Assembly: GCA_964016885.1 (NCBI GenBank)
Contig: OZ024742.1
Span: 303,676,001 to 303,740,000 of the forward strand
DNA: 64,000 bases
Reading direction: 5' to 3'
Source of the DNA: Eledone cirrhosa
Lineage: Eukaryota
Part shown: piece by piece, positions 40,807 to 54,580 of the stretch
Layout: the number at the start of each line of letters is the position of its first letter
Numbering within the stretch: the first letter of the stretch is position 1
Notes under the pieces: generated by a model
The model's input: the letters and a program-made list of their open reading frames with translations, nothing else
Told to the model about the DNA's origin: nothing
The model's database searches: none
Position numbers and translations under genes: made by a program

Positions 40807-40823
40807 TATAATATATATATATA

Positions 40824-40902
<79 letters not shown>

Positions 40903-41040
40903 AATTTGAAGACTAAAATCCAAAGAGGGCTCGATAAGGATAAATATATATCAAATATATATGAACCGGTTCTTTGCTTAAACTTTAATCTGTTATTTTA
41001 ATATATATATACAGATATATATATATATACAAACAAACAT

Positions 41041-41121
<81 letters not shown>

Positions 41122-41314
41122 TGAAGTAATTCCGTCGGAAAAGTCCAGGAAAAAAGAATGCTCTATGTAAGCAACAGAGCTTAATTATTATTATGTAATA
41201 ATATATATATATATGTCCTAAACGTTAAGACCATCTTCCTGTTATATCAAGGGTTAACCTAATATATCCCTTCCGTATACTGTACCGATTGTGTTGTTAT
41301 TTCTGTTTACCTTT

Positions 41315-41366
<52 letters not shown>

Positions 41367-41426
41367 AAAATGTTCGAGACCCCGACGGCAGAGCTCAAGC
41401 CGTCTTGACGGCTATTTCTGGACTTC

Positions 41427-41499
<73 letters not shown>

Positions 41500-41729
41500 G
41501 TTGAACTGTGTGGACGTAAATAGGTGAATGCACTGAGCCTGTGTTTATACGTGTGCACGCGCAACGGTGTGGGTTGACGGACTATCGCACGTACGTTCTC
41601 TATGCTAAAATCAGAATTGTAATTCTTTACACTTCTCGATTCTGACACTCAGGTTTTTTATTTCAGTTTATATTTTTCCAAATTTTTGATATTGGTTGTA
41701 ACACACACGCATTCTTTATTTGTCTAGCA

Positions 41730-42247
41730 TTCCCCACCACGTGAAATGGTGGCAAGATAGATACTAGTCTTCACACATAAACTCTTAGGACAAGAGCAGC
41801 AGCATACTAAGGTTGACCTGCTAGCTGACCTCTTAACACCACTACCACTAACACCACAATAAAGGAGGTCAGCTGCACTTAAACATTATGATAAAAACAA
41901 CTATAACAAGCTGACCTGTCTCAGAAGAATTTCTATAGACTTTCCACCGGGGAGTGGTCTGACAACTGACCAATGGGATACGAGTGTGTCCTCTGACGCT
42001 GAAATTCATTTATTCTAGCACATATGATTCCAGTTCCTCGGATGACTAACAACGCACCCAGGAGCTGGACATATCGATGTATTGACAGAGTGGAACACAC
42101 TTCAACAACATGTGTACCTGTCCTTTCTACACCAATTCGGACTGCCTGAAGAGGTCACAGCCAATAACAGCTGCCACCGAAATATATATATAGCAGAGAA
42201 TTTATAATTTTTAATAAACGAAGCCAAATTTTACATGTTGACTTACT

Positions 42248-42253
<6 letters not shown>
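41730..42253 (+). mobile_element. Probable solo PLE 3' end/pseudo-LTR
   Basis: HHR at 42142-42196, then AATAAA, then (TA)n. 5' boundary uncertain. Confidence 0.55.
42142..42196 (+). ncRNA. Type I hammerhead ribozyme
   Basis: ctgc-CTGAAGA-ggt..cagc/gctg..acc-GAAA-tatatata-TA-gcag. Canonical G10.1-C11.1 pair. Confidence 0.85.
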
Positions 42254-42289
<36 letters not shown>

Positions 42290-42293
<4 letters not shown>

Positions 42294-42452
42294 TTATTAA
42301 AATCAAATATTACAGTTTAAGCAAATGAATCGCCATTATTTGCTTAAACTATAATCTGTTATCTTAATAAATATTTGCATTACGTTTTTTTACATATATT
42401 TATATATATATTATCCTTATCGAGTCCTCTTCGAATTTTAGTCTTCACATTT
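42290..42452. mobile_element. Small fold-back element with tail (related pieces at 40903-41002, ~45213 and 57047-57210)
   Basis: atatttattaaaat..gtttaagcaaat pairs with atttgcttaaac..ttaataaatat. The tail matches the reverse complement of 40903 and 57047. A degenerate antisense HHR lies at ~57155-57192. Confidence 0.6.
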
Positions 42453-42889
42453 ATTATCATTACTATAATATATATATATTACTATATGGATGTCACATCC
42501 TGGCTATATATACTTATGCATATTATTGTTTTTATATGTAAGTGCGTGTCTGTGTGTTGTCTGCATGCGGTTGTTTTTGCATGAGGCAAATTGCCGGGAC
42601 TGTTGTGGCATCGGATTATAATGCTTTACGGTGTATATTCCGGCTCTTATTGAGACCCAAGTTTCACACACCTCATTAGATGCGTATTAGTCTTTGAATT
42701 CCATATTAGACATCGGAGTGCAATGATTAGGGGTTGTATTGTAGTAGCCTCGCACGTGATACCTTGTGATATCTCTTACGGATTTCCAACTCTTTATTCC
42801 GTGGCGACTTGCAAGCAAAGAGACTTCTACATATACGCAGCGGTGGTAGAACTAGGTGTTATTTGTTATAGAGAGGGGTGCTGCAAGAG

Positions 42890-43548
42890 GGTTCCTTGTA
42901 GTAGATATAGAGAGGTGGAGAGTTTGGTGTTTATTGATATAGAGAGGCGCATGGGAAGAGAGTTCCGTATAGTAGATATATAGAGGTGGAGAGTTTGGTG
43001 CTAATTGATATAGAGAAGGAGATTTGAAGAGAGTACTGTATAGTAGATATGGAGAGGGGCGGTGGAATTTGTTGTTAATTCATATAGAGAGCGGGATAGG
43101 AAGAGAGTTCCGTGTAGAAGATACAGAGAGCGGGATAGGAAGAGAGTTCCGTGTAGAAGATACAGAGAGGGGGAGACTTTGGTGTTAATTGATATATAGA
43201 GGGGTATTGGAAGCGAGCCCCATATAATAGATATAGAGAAGGAGAGAGTTTGGTGTTAATTGATACAGAGAGGGGGATTTAAAGAGAGTGTTGTATAGCT
43301 GATATAAAGAATGAGAGAGTTTGCTGCTAATGAATAGAGGGAGAGGATATTTACAGATAGGTATTGTTAGATATAGAGTGGGGGAGAGTTTGGTAGTGAT
43401 GGATAGGGTGAGAGAGAACGAGTGAGAATGTTGTATGATAGATATAGAGAGGGGTCGGAAGGAAGTTCTCTGTAGTAGATATAAAAGAGGCGAGTTCGGT
43501 GTTAATTTATATAGAAAGGTGTATTGGAAGGGAGTTCCGTGTAGTAGT
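42890..43548. repeat. Degenerate GA-rich minisatellite (~60-bp unit)
   Basis: Recurring agatatagaga..gagagtttggtgttaattgatatagaga..ggaagagagttccgt. Confidence 0.75.
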
Positions 43549-43790
43549 GCGTGCTTTGGTAGTTTTTCCCCAAACTACCAAAACACATCTATTTGCATAT
43601 AACTACAATTAATGTACATGTTATGTTTATTGCATACCGAAGTTCTCTAATCGTTTTAGAGTGCAAAGAGCTAAACTAATCACTATAACTTCGTTTCGTC
43701 AAGCCGATCAAGTATAGGACATAAATATAGAATCAAACAGGCACAGACAGCCATATATATATATATATGTGTGATGCACGTGCGTGTGTA

Positions 43791-43825
<35 letters not shown>

Positions 43826-44689
43826 AAGATCCTGATTTTAGTCACTTCTCTTCAAACCTCTGAACATTTGAATCACATCATCTCACTTATTTATGAATAC
43901 GATATGATCCAGCCTTAATTGTAATTAAATCAACGTTGCTTTCGATAGCTTTGCTGATTTTTTTCTGAAATGCCCAGGAGTTTCTTAGGCTTTATTAAGG
44001 GAAGGAAAGACAATTCTCAACTGCCGACTTCCACTAGCGTACACCTGGTTCTTCACCCGTTGCCGCAGTAATCCTTCAACAACTTCTGGTATTTTGCTAT
44101 CTTCACGTGAGGAAACAAACACAAATTTTAAGAAAATGCAGAATATATAAGAATTTAAACAAGAAAATCAGCTATCGAAAATCGAGTTCAATCCGCTTTT
44201 GATCTGAAAATAATTATGAAGAAAATACTGATGCTTTTTATTCTTTGTAAGATGTAAGATTAATAATGTTCTATATAGTTTCTTTAAAGACATAGATTTA
44301 AAATATCTCTATAAATTTCAGTATAAAATACCAAAGAAGTAACATTTTCATTTTTCTTAATAACAAAATGGCGTCGACAGATTTCAGGGCAGGAAACATA
44401 ATTTAGTGTTTCATCTAGAGAAATACAGTGTTCGCTAAAAGATAAGGGAGAATTCAGTAAGAAAATTCAGAGTCTACTAAAGAATAAGCGATAAGGTATT
44501 GAAGAGAAAATCAGGCATCGAAATTTAACTTCAAAATCGTAAATGGATCTGGATTCGGGAAGGAAAATTATGAGGGAATAATTTGGACCTCGTTATATTC
44601 ACTCAAGCATCTGGAAATAGAAACCGATCTCCTTGATATCGTACATCTTAAAAAGGAAACCACTCATAGAATCAAATGGTTTTAGATAA

Positions 44690-44765
44690 ATAATTGTTTC
44701 TACTTTTGGCACAAGGCCAGCAATCACCCCAGTGCATTACTGGTACTTTATTTCATCTATCCCGT
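44690..44765 (-). mobile_element. tRNA-derived SINE 3' fragment
   Basis: Matches the reverse complement of ~20565-20640. Confidence 0.8.
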
Positions 44766-44899
44766 ATCCGGGTATAGTAGGTTTATTATGAGATCAATGT
44801 CACAGGAAAAATATCTTCCGTGTGGTAATCGAAACGTTCGCCAATCACTTAACGATTTAATATAATTTATTCGTGATTATTTTATTCATATATATACAT

Positions 44900-45010
<111 letters not shown>

Positions 45011-45118
45011 CAAATATAAATTAGCGAGAATCGTTTTCAGCTCAGGAATTAACGAAAATCAACGTATATATATATTTAATTATATTTAATTATATATATA
45101 TACAAATATATATATATA

Positions 45119-45181
<63 letters not shown>

Positions 45182-45240
45182 CTCCGTATGTATGTGTATT
45201 TGTATATATATATGGATTTTAGTCTTCAAATATATTATTA

Positions 45241-45288
<48 letters not shown>

Positions 45289-46476
45289 CTGCATGTGTGT
45301 TTACATTTAATGTTTTTTTATGTCCCGTTTTCTTAGAGATTTGAGAAAATGAGACCGGTAAAGCAAATGTTAAATTTTAAACAAACATTAGGTACTGTAT
45401 TTGACTTGTTTTACCACAATATTTTGCAACTTACCATTAACTTCTTCCTAAAGCGCTACAATCGATTTTCATTAAAAAAACAAAAAAACAAAAAAAAAAA
45501 AACATGCGAATCGTAAATTCTTCGTCCTCATCCAATTGTTTACCTCAGAACAGTCGTTTAACTAGGAAAAGCAGGGGAATTTAACTCCCTGGTGCATTGC
45601 GCTCATCCATACCCCAAAGTACTGCCTACTTCCTCAGTTGCAAAATCTCGAATGATACATATATTTGAGTTTTGAACTTAAACCAATAAAGTTGTTACTG
45701 TATTTTAATATCTCACTCATCTCCACTGTTATATAAACTTTTAATCGTGATGTTTCGCATTGCCTGTACCTTGATCGATCAGACCTGACTAAATATGTTC
45801 TAGTTGTGAGCATTAAATGTTTTTCAGATATATTTTCACTACGTCCACATAATTTGTGTCCAATCTTGTGGGATGTGTTTAGAGTAAAATTTGGCCGTTA
45901 TTTGTAGACGTTCGAGCAACAATATAAATGTCTCCCTCTCAGTGAGTGCAGTTAAATGAGATTTCAGAAATGAGCAAGACATTTGGCAAAATCGTTTTCG
46001 ATATCCTGATAAATATTTCCTGTAACATCGCTAGGGCATAATAGTTTGGAAACCCATTGTAGCTACAAGCCTCTGTTTCGCATTCTTTTGAACATAACTG
46101 ATTTCGTGCAAATCAAAGGAAAACAACATTGTACATTCTTTAATCTTCAGGCTGGAATCATATGATATGTATACATAGATAATTAAAATCACGTATATTT
46201 GAATTATATGCAATTCATTAAGATCTTCATACTAGACTTTTACATTATTAGCAGTACAAATTAATTTTAATTATAGAATATTAGGAAATAACTGAAATCA
46301 AAATAAAGGTAAAAAGCAGATTAATTTAATCATTTACATATTTCTTTTGTCTCTAATTTAATTTAATCCATTTATCTGTTTTCTTGTCATCAGTTTAAAA
46401 CCTAAGTACATACAATTTAAGGTTTTCATTACGTTTTATATATATATATATTATTTCATTCGTGTTATCTGGTTGT

Positions 46477-46538
<62 letters not shown>

Positions 46539-47282
46539 TCATTCGTGTTATCTGGTTGTTGATTTAGGAATTCAAACCTAAAAATCATTGTCATACATTA
46601 TTGAAGAGAACGAAGTGCATGATTTGTGATACTCTACTTCAGTTGAATACAAAGGAAAGTATTAATCGAAAATAAAATAATAATAATGTCAACTTAATAT
46701 ATATTATGGTAATGCGAGATATATATTAAAATAAACGTTACAATATATCAACGTTGATAGAAGCTTGTTAACATTCATAATAGATTCAAATTTGAGCCAT
46801 ATAAGACTATAAACAGCCACTATTCACTCACTGATTATATCTGTTTCCAAGCATATATTGTTCTATTGCGCATTCGAATATTTATTATCATATTATCGAA
46901 TCATTGTCGTCATCATAACACCATTGTCAACAATCTTATTTTTTAAAGCTATCTTGATTTTATTCACAAATATTTAAAATAAAATAAATCTAGATTTAAA
47001 TAGTTGTACGTTTACTCATTAAAAATATACATTGTATGTATTTGAATAAATAATGAGAGAATTGCGAACAGTTAACTTGTCATTTCTTTTTAAACCACAT
47101 CTACTTCTTCACATCTTTGAGAAGGGATGAATGAATGAAGCAAACATAGCTTCTTTTCAGAGAAAAAGATGATTATATCAAGAGTTTGGGTGGTTTCTGT
47201 AGAATAATAGTAAACTATTACATGATTTTCTATTTTCAATAGTAACCTTCTATATATATTAAATCATCATATTCACCCAATC

Positions 47283-47492
47283 AGGGGCCGTGGATTGGCA
47301 GAATCGGTAGAGCGTTGGACAACATGCTTCACGGCATAGAGTTAAGCCCTCTACATTATGAGTTCAAATCCCGCCGAGGTTAACTTTGGCTTCCATCCTT
47401 ACTGGGTCGATCAAATAAAGTACCAGTAATGCACTGGGGTCGATTTAATCTTCTTTCCCTCAAATTGTTGACCTTGTGTCTAAATCAGAAGC
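47283..47492 (+). mobile_element. tRNA-derived SINE with TSD
   Basis: A/B boxes and core present. 15-bp TSD catattcacccaatc at 47268-47282 and 47493-47507. Confidence 0.9.
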
Positions 47493-47723
47493 CATATTCA
47501 CCCAATCTTATGATAGGGTGATATTATTCTGTAACGTCTGATGAAGTCGTAAGGGGCGGTTTCGTTGGCATTTTATACCCGGCGAAGCCCATCCCTCTCC
47601 AGCTCTGAACACAACAGATTTCTTCCAGGGAAGGATAGAAAGTGAGACAGAGGAAGTTAGAATATAGAGAAAACCCGACCTCAGAATTAGACTGGTACTT
47701 CTCTATCGACTTCAAAATAATGA

Positions 47724-47941
47724 TTTCTAGTATAGGCACAAGACCAGTAATTTGTGGTGATGGGAAAGTCGATTAAATCGACCCCAGCACGTTACTGGTG
47801 CTTTATTTTGTTTATCCCGCAGGATGAAAGACAAAGTTAACCTCGGCGGGATTTGAACTCAGACCGTAAAGGACCGTAATTCTATCCTGCAAAGCATGGC
47901 GTTCGTCTCTCTACCGATACTTCCAATCCACAGCCCTCATT
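47724..47941 (-). mobile_element. tRNA-derived SINE with TSD
   Basis: Reverse complement of the family. 16-bp TSD gacttcaaaataatga at 47708-47723 and 47942-47957. Confidence 0.9.
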
Positions 47942-48489
47942 GACTTCAAAATAATGAAAGTCAAATTTGACCTGAGAGAGCAGAGATTCGGAATGAATAC
48001 TGCAAATCATACTATCCGATATTCTAACGACTCCGCAAATTCGCCGCCTCCACTCATTCGATTCTAATATAAATATATTTATTCTCTGAGCCCGAGAACA
48101 TAAGAGGATGCGAGATAGCAACCTTCGTTGATACAATTTAATGCACTATTGTAAAAATGTCCATATATGTAATGTTGATACGCCTGAAATAATTAAAAGG
48201 CTTGTGTCTATTCAAAGTAAGCCAGTTTTATAAATTTCAGAGTTACGAATTGGAAAACGTCTCTGGTAGTTTATTATAAGTTATCTAAACACAACTGTAA
48301 ACGTTTTATTAAATATACGTCGTAACCTTCAATGGGAACATAAGTACTACATTTATAATACATACATATATATATATGTGTGTCTATAGGTGTGCGTGTG
48401 TATTTGCGTTTATACCTGTACATATACTCGCATATATACATATATATATATACATATATATATATACATATATATTTATATATATACAT

Positions 48490-48535
<46 letters not shown>

Positions 48536-48677
48536 GAAAATATATGTCGAATAAACCTGGCTGCTATTTTTAGTGGTGTAAGTTTGTGAGACACGCTAAG
48601 ATACCATGTGCGCTATATTATATATAGCACACTATTCAGTGTCTTAATATACTTAGAAGTGTCTAGGATACTAATTC

Positions 48678-48755
48678 ATCACCCACTGATGAGCTTGAAT
48701 TGGTAATTCTATTCACAATTAACATTGCGAAACAACAACAAGTTGTCTGGGTGAT
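48678..48755 (+). ncRNA. Canonical type I hammerhead ribozyme
   Basis: atcaccca-CTGATGA-gc...gc-GAAA-caac/aacaa/gttg-TC-tgggtgat. 8-bp helix I, a true hairpin helix III and a GUC triplet (predicted cleavage after 48747). Confidence 0.9.
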
Positions 48756-49079
48756 TGGTAGTTACCACAATTTCGGTTTGTATTTATTTTCTTGATTTTT
48801 TTCTTAAATTGAGACAAGCGAACCCAATTGTCTATAGTTAGTATTCTTTTCACCTTAGCGAATCTGGTCCCTTACTATTTGAACGCATATATGTATATAT
48901 CTGTGTTCGTTTTTCTTTTACATTCTATTATAATATACGGCTCGGAAATATCTCTTTCTTAGAGCTATTTTGTTGTCAGAGACTATTTTGAGTTTCTAAC
49001 TCAATATATACCTTTGATATATATATATATGTATATATGCAAGTATATGTACATGTATAAATGCAAACACACACGCATA

Positions 49080-49135
<56 letters not shown>

Positions 49136-49738
49136 AGAGTGTGTGCGTGTGCGTCTGTGTGTATGTGTGTGTATTTGCGGCGTATAGATGATGAAAAGAA
49201 ATTGGAAGAATGTGAATTGATTGAATTGATTGAAACTTACGGAAAATAAGTGAGATGTGCATGGGGAGACAATAAAGAGAGAAAGTGAAATGAGAAGGAA
49301 AAATAAAAGAATACAAGAAATATAAACAGTCATAAATACAAGAGAAGCGGTTTACGCGGACATTTACATTAGCAAGAACAAAATCCTAGACTTATGATTT
49401 ATTTAGCTGAAGGCATATTCTCTACCAAAATTGTTTGAATAAAAAAAAAGTGCAATAGCTACATATAAATAAACCTAGTCTGTGTATACGTTTGTTTCGT
49501 TTTTAAATTTAGCAAATATTTGTCTATTTTCTCGTCCATGCATATTTACATAATTGTCTCATCTAAGATAAAGATGCAAGCAAAAATGTGGTTATATTTT
49601 AATTAACCCTCCTACCTAAATGATGATATCGTTTAACGCCAAGGGAGGATTTCTAGATGTGCTATGAAAATGGAATCGACTCTATATTATTTTATTTCGG
49701 TATATTCTTTGATACATACATGTATACATGCATTCATT

Positions 49739-49770
<32 letters not shown>

Positions 49771-49780
49771 TATATATATA

Positions 49781-49968
49781 TAGGAAAAAAGTCACGACCC
49801 CGACGACTGAGCTCCGGCGGTTTCGACAGCTAGATCTGATGTAGCTGTCGAAACGGCCAGAGCTCAGCCGTCGGGGTCCTGACACTTTTCCTATTACCTA
49901 CTCTACAACCCTAAGTATCGAGTACGCTGGTGCGTTATGGTCCACCTGGTTTCTTACCACATTTTCTT
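49781..49968. mobile_element. Small (TA)n-flanked fold-back element with tail
   Basis: Arms 49781-49832 and 49842-49893. HHR remnant ctgatg..GAAA-cggcc. Tail homologous to ~54628-54706. Confidence 0.75.
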
Positions 49969-50025
49969 TATATTTATATATATATATTTATATATATATA
50001 TTTATATATATATATATATATATAA

Positions 50026-50114
<89 letters not shown>

Positions 50115-50433
50115 TGAACGAAACCGCCAGAGATTATGAAGATTTTGGTAAAGTTTATGTACATTTTTACTTCTAACTTCGATTTTGTAACCAATTACGT
50201 GTAATTAACTATATGTCTAGTCAATTTTTACAGGCTAGTAGGAATGTTACGTAAATATTTTGTAGCTGTACGTCGCGGGGAAAAAAAGCTATATCATTTG
50301 TCTATTATTTCTTCATAAGTATATTTTAAACTTATAGCCTCGTTTAAATGATTTTTTATATGGTTAATTTATACTGATTGGGAGAGGAAATACTGTATAT
50401 ATTTTATCTAATGATTCTTTGGACTTATTTATT

Positions 50434-50509
<76 letters not shown>

Positions 50510-51771
50510 ATTATGCATATCTGTGTATAGATAGATAGATTGATAGGAATCAAACAGTGAAGACTCACATTAGGAAGAAAAGGGAAAGCCCGATAGTACA
50601 TTCTCTTCAGACAGCTTCAGGATATCCTTATAATTTTGATGCATTCAGTTGACATGGGGTCATAAAGAATAAAACAAGGAGATATCAACCGAATGGTGCC
50701 TTTTGGCGTATTACATAAGTACGCCCCCCCCCCCCCCCTAAAAAGGTTACAAATAAATTAGCTTGAGCTGAAATGGAAGTAAAGAAAACATGGTGTGCCA
50801 AGAACAGAAAAGAGAAATAAATAGATGGGACTCTAGTGCTACGAAAAGGGGCGCAGAATCAGTGTCGACTCGTTGAGCCACTGAGAGAATTGAGGCCGTG
50901 CGTAAACATCCGAATACACAAGAAGTAGGGAGAAAAAATAGAAGTAGAGATAGAACGAAGGGTGAGTAAGAGGAATGGAAAGTGACAGAGAGAGATATAA
51001 AATAGCTGAGTCAGAGGAAAGGAAGAATAATTGCAGGGGGTAATATCTATATTTCGATAGGTGTTAAAAAGACCCCGTAACCAAATCAAATCAAAAATAT
51101 GGAGCGCACAAGAGGAAGACGTCGGAAAAAAATAGCCTGAACTTAGAAGGGACGGCTCCTGTCAGAATTTCAGTTTTATAAATTTAGAACTACCCATTCC
51201 AGTTTACATGGGACGGTAGCAGACCCAAACTAGGGAGACACACGTAGGACAATTTGTGTCTTTCCTGTGGATAGGGCCAATATATATTGCAATATATATT
51301 GTTGTCGTTGGTAATGTTAAAATTATGTTAACCAAGAAGAACTGGCTTATATTCAATACACCGACTGCCGTCAATAAATAATTTATTTGTATGTCAAGAT
51401 GACAATTTTCGATTTGAATGTTATTTAGTAAGATTTAATGTCAGGAATGCGTGGTTTCTAATTCTAGCAGGTCCGGCAACCCGTTACTACCATGAATCTA
51501 TAAAACGTTTTTATTCATATAGTGTTTTTTTTTTCTTTTTATAATTGTGATTGGGTGAAAGTATGTGAAATTATGCACGTTCATCCCTTAAGAAGTGTAG
51601 CCATACACTGAAATCAGGTACATATATCAGAAATAGAGAGCTGACACAAATGATATACTATAATGCTATTTGTGAAGGTTATTGGCTACGGATCTGCAAC
51701 TTTAATTCTCATAAGGATTTTCAGATATATTTGGGATTAAATTTATATGTCTGAATGTCAAATTTGTATTT

Positions 51772-51851
<80 letters not shown>

Positions 51852-51852
51852 C

Positions 51853-51937
<85 letters not shown>

Positions 51938-51938
<1 letters not shown>

Positions 51939-52048
51939 CACCGTATGGCATAAATTCAGGCTGTTCAGTTTGTTGACAAACGAACAAAGCGGCGCTATAA
52001 TAAGCGTAGCTAAACTGATGCGTGCATATATGTATGTGTACCTGTATG

Positions 52049-52106
<58 letters not shown>

Positions 52107-52540
52107 TGCTACTGTACGTCTGTATACATATATATATGTACGTATACATACATACTTACATTTAAGTAAGTGCCATACTAAGATTGAGAAATGAAATTTC
52201 GTTTTCATTTTTTTCAACTTATCGTTTTCGGTATGCCTGACCGATTTAACTCACTCAATATGCAAATTAGGCTGCTCAGCCGTTAATTTTCATAAGGAAA
52301 GTATATACTTTCGAACGTTCAACTATCTGGCAGACGGGTAAACGGTGCTGATGATAGCTAACAAGCTTGAAACTAGTACATCGTTCCTGTGTCAGTGTTG
52401 AACAAAAAGGTGACGTGGTTGCCTTAACACCGTATGGCATAAATTCAGGCTGTTCAGTTTGTTGACAAACGAACAAAGCGGCGTTATAATAAGCGTCCGC
52501 TAAACTGATGCGTGCATATATGTATGTGTACCTGTATGTA
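51938..52540 (+). mobile_element. Diverged, permuted 1.2-mer of the retrozyme-like family
   Basis: 51938-52050 is repeated at 52427-52540 (period 489, including a longer TA tract). Octamer at 52260-52267, HHR at 52343-52383. Confidence 0.85.
52343..52383 (+). ncRNA. Minimal type I hammerhead ribozyme
   Basis: cggtg-CTGATGA-tagctaacaagctt-GAAA-ctag-TA-catcg. Intact core; helix I covaries with the other copies. Confidence 0.85.
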
Positions 52541-52561
52541 TATATATATATATATATATAT

Positions 52562-54025
52562 GTAGGAGGTGAGTTTTATTGTAGTACAATAAAGCAATGC
52601 AGATATCGGATAAGAAGCACTCTACAGTTTGTAGGACTGGAGTATACATAATATAAGATCAAAAGATGGTTAAAGGAGTTCCATGTATTTTATTATGCGC
52701 ATTTCAAAAACAAACATCATCATGCAATAATATTTGTGTTTTCATCAGATAAAACAGGAGAACATGATATGAAGGCTAAAAAACACTTGTGGATAGTGCA
52801 GTTTTAAATCAACATATGAAAAGTGGTTTTAGATTGATGTGTGATATTGGGAAAAATATTTTATTTAGAGAGGGGGGGGATGAAAAAGGGGAGGAGATGA
52901 GAGGGAGAGATGGGTGATAGAGAGAAAGAGATAGTTTTTATAACTGAGAGAAGATATATTGTTTTACATAGAGAGGTTGAAAACCGTTGGAAGATAATGT
53001 ATAAATTAAAAGAATTTGAAAATTAACGAAGGGAAGATATGTGCGAGGAAAAAATATTTTACTTAGGGAGGGGGGGGTGAAAAAAGGGGGAGGAGATGAG
53101 AGTGAAGGTGGAGAGGGAGAGATGGGTGATAGAGAGAAAGAGATAGTTTTTATAACTGAGAAAATATATATTGTTTTACATAGAGAGGTTGAGAACCGTT
53201 GGAAGATAATGTATAAATTAAAGGAATTTGAAAATTAACGAAGGGAATTTATGTATGAAGATAGAGAGAAAAAATAATAATTGTGGATGAATATTCTAAC
53301 GTCAAAAAAAGTGTATGTTGATAAGTATTGTGGCAATTTCAAAATTAACGAAGAGAAAAAATTATTAAGGTTTGTGTGTAGAAGGATTTGAGAAAAATAA
53401 TGTGAAGTTAAAGTTTGTATATTGAAGGAATTGATAATATATGCGAATAAAGAGTTAATATGTATTAAGAATGAGTTCGTTGATGGGGAGAAAAAAATAA
53501 TAAATTAAGGATGAAATTGAGATTAAAAAGTTTTATGATAGAGAGAAAAAATAATAATAATTACGGATGAATATTCTAACGTCAAAAAAACAAATGTATA
53601 TGTTATGAAGGATTTTACAAGGTGAAGATAGAAAGAGGGTAATGAGTAAACAAGTATTATAGAGTGTATAATGCCCTTTGAAGTAAGGTAGGAAGATGGG
53701 TATATTTTAAAGAGGTGTATGTATATGTGCCTTTGAGAAAAGATTCTAAATTAATAAAGAATTGAATATTAACTGTATACTTTGTGAAAAGTCCTATGGA
53801 ATTTATGCAGGCAGATAGAAAACAAATCTGTACGTCTATTTATTATAGAATCTAGGTTAGAGATAATGGTAAATTTTTCATTTAGGCAGAGATTACAGAT
53901 TTTAGATAGAGAGCTGTTCAAGTATGAGGATGCAGAAGAAACCTTCTTCCAAAAGATGGTATATTTAATGTTTTTGTCTTTCAAGGACCATATGAGTTCT
54001 GAGAGAGCCGTGTTGGTTCTTTTAA
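52562..54025 (-). mobile_element. 5'-truncated PLE (GIY-YIG C-terminal extension, 3' UTR and HHR)
   Basis: TALSELIWSLKD..YTIFW..CNLCLNEK..INRRTDLFSICLH at 53769-54015. HHR at 52688-52754. Internal ~195-bp direct duplication. Ends at (TA)n. Confidence 0.8.
52688..52754 (-). ncRNA. Type I hammerhead ribozyme
   Basis: ttttat-CTGATGA-aaac..caaatatt...gatgtttgttttt-GAAA-tgcgca-TA-ataaaa. Palindromic helix III. Confidence 0.82.
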
Positions 54026-54580
54026 GGCCTGCCCCGTTTCGTTTCCCCCATCAGAGTTCCCCATACATTAGTTGCTTCGGAAGCCTGTGATCGTCCAACC
54101 GGATGACATGTCCCACCCATCGATGTCGGCTCTTCAGTATCATAGCTTCGACACTGGTTGTCTCAGCCATGTCAAGAACTTCGAGGTTGGATAACTTGTT
54201 CTGCCATTTGATGTTCATGATTGACCGCAGGCTGCGCATGTGGAACCGTTCCAGCTGCTTCAGGTGCCTTCTGTATAGGGTCCATGTCTCACATCCGTAG
54301 AGGAGGCTGGTGAGAACAACGGTCCTGTACACCTTTAGCTTGGTGGACTGCCTGATGTTGTGCTGGTTCAGGACCCGTGTCCTCAGGTGGCCGAGGTCTT
54401 GACTGGCCTTGCAGATTCTGGCGTATATCTCCTTGTCGAGGCTTCCATCGCTACTGATGACACTGCCGAGGTACTTGCAGTCGTTCACCGTCTTTAGTTG
54501 GGTGCCTCCGATGGAGATGGAAGGAGGGTGGGCGACGGAGGCAGATGCAGGCTAGAACAGGACCTCAGTCTTGCCAAGGC
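54025..54580 (-). pseudogene. RTE (BovB-like) LINE internal fragment
   Basis: KTEVLF, KYLGSVISSDGSLDKEI, TKLKVY, LLYGCETWT, RWVGHVIR and LPKQLMYGEL. Confidence 0.9.

Noticed and set aside
43700-43720. Minus-strand GAAA-cgaag-TT-atag near an ATTTGCAT octamer (43591)
   Set aside because: No CTGANGA box and no similarity to the 420-bp family.
44010-44380. Possible host exon or promoter (short open minus frame, CACGTG, AAAATGGCG)
   Set aside because: No recognisable protein or convincing splice pair; such short motifs are expected by chance.
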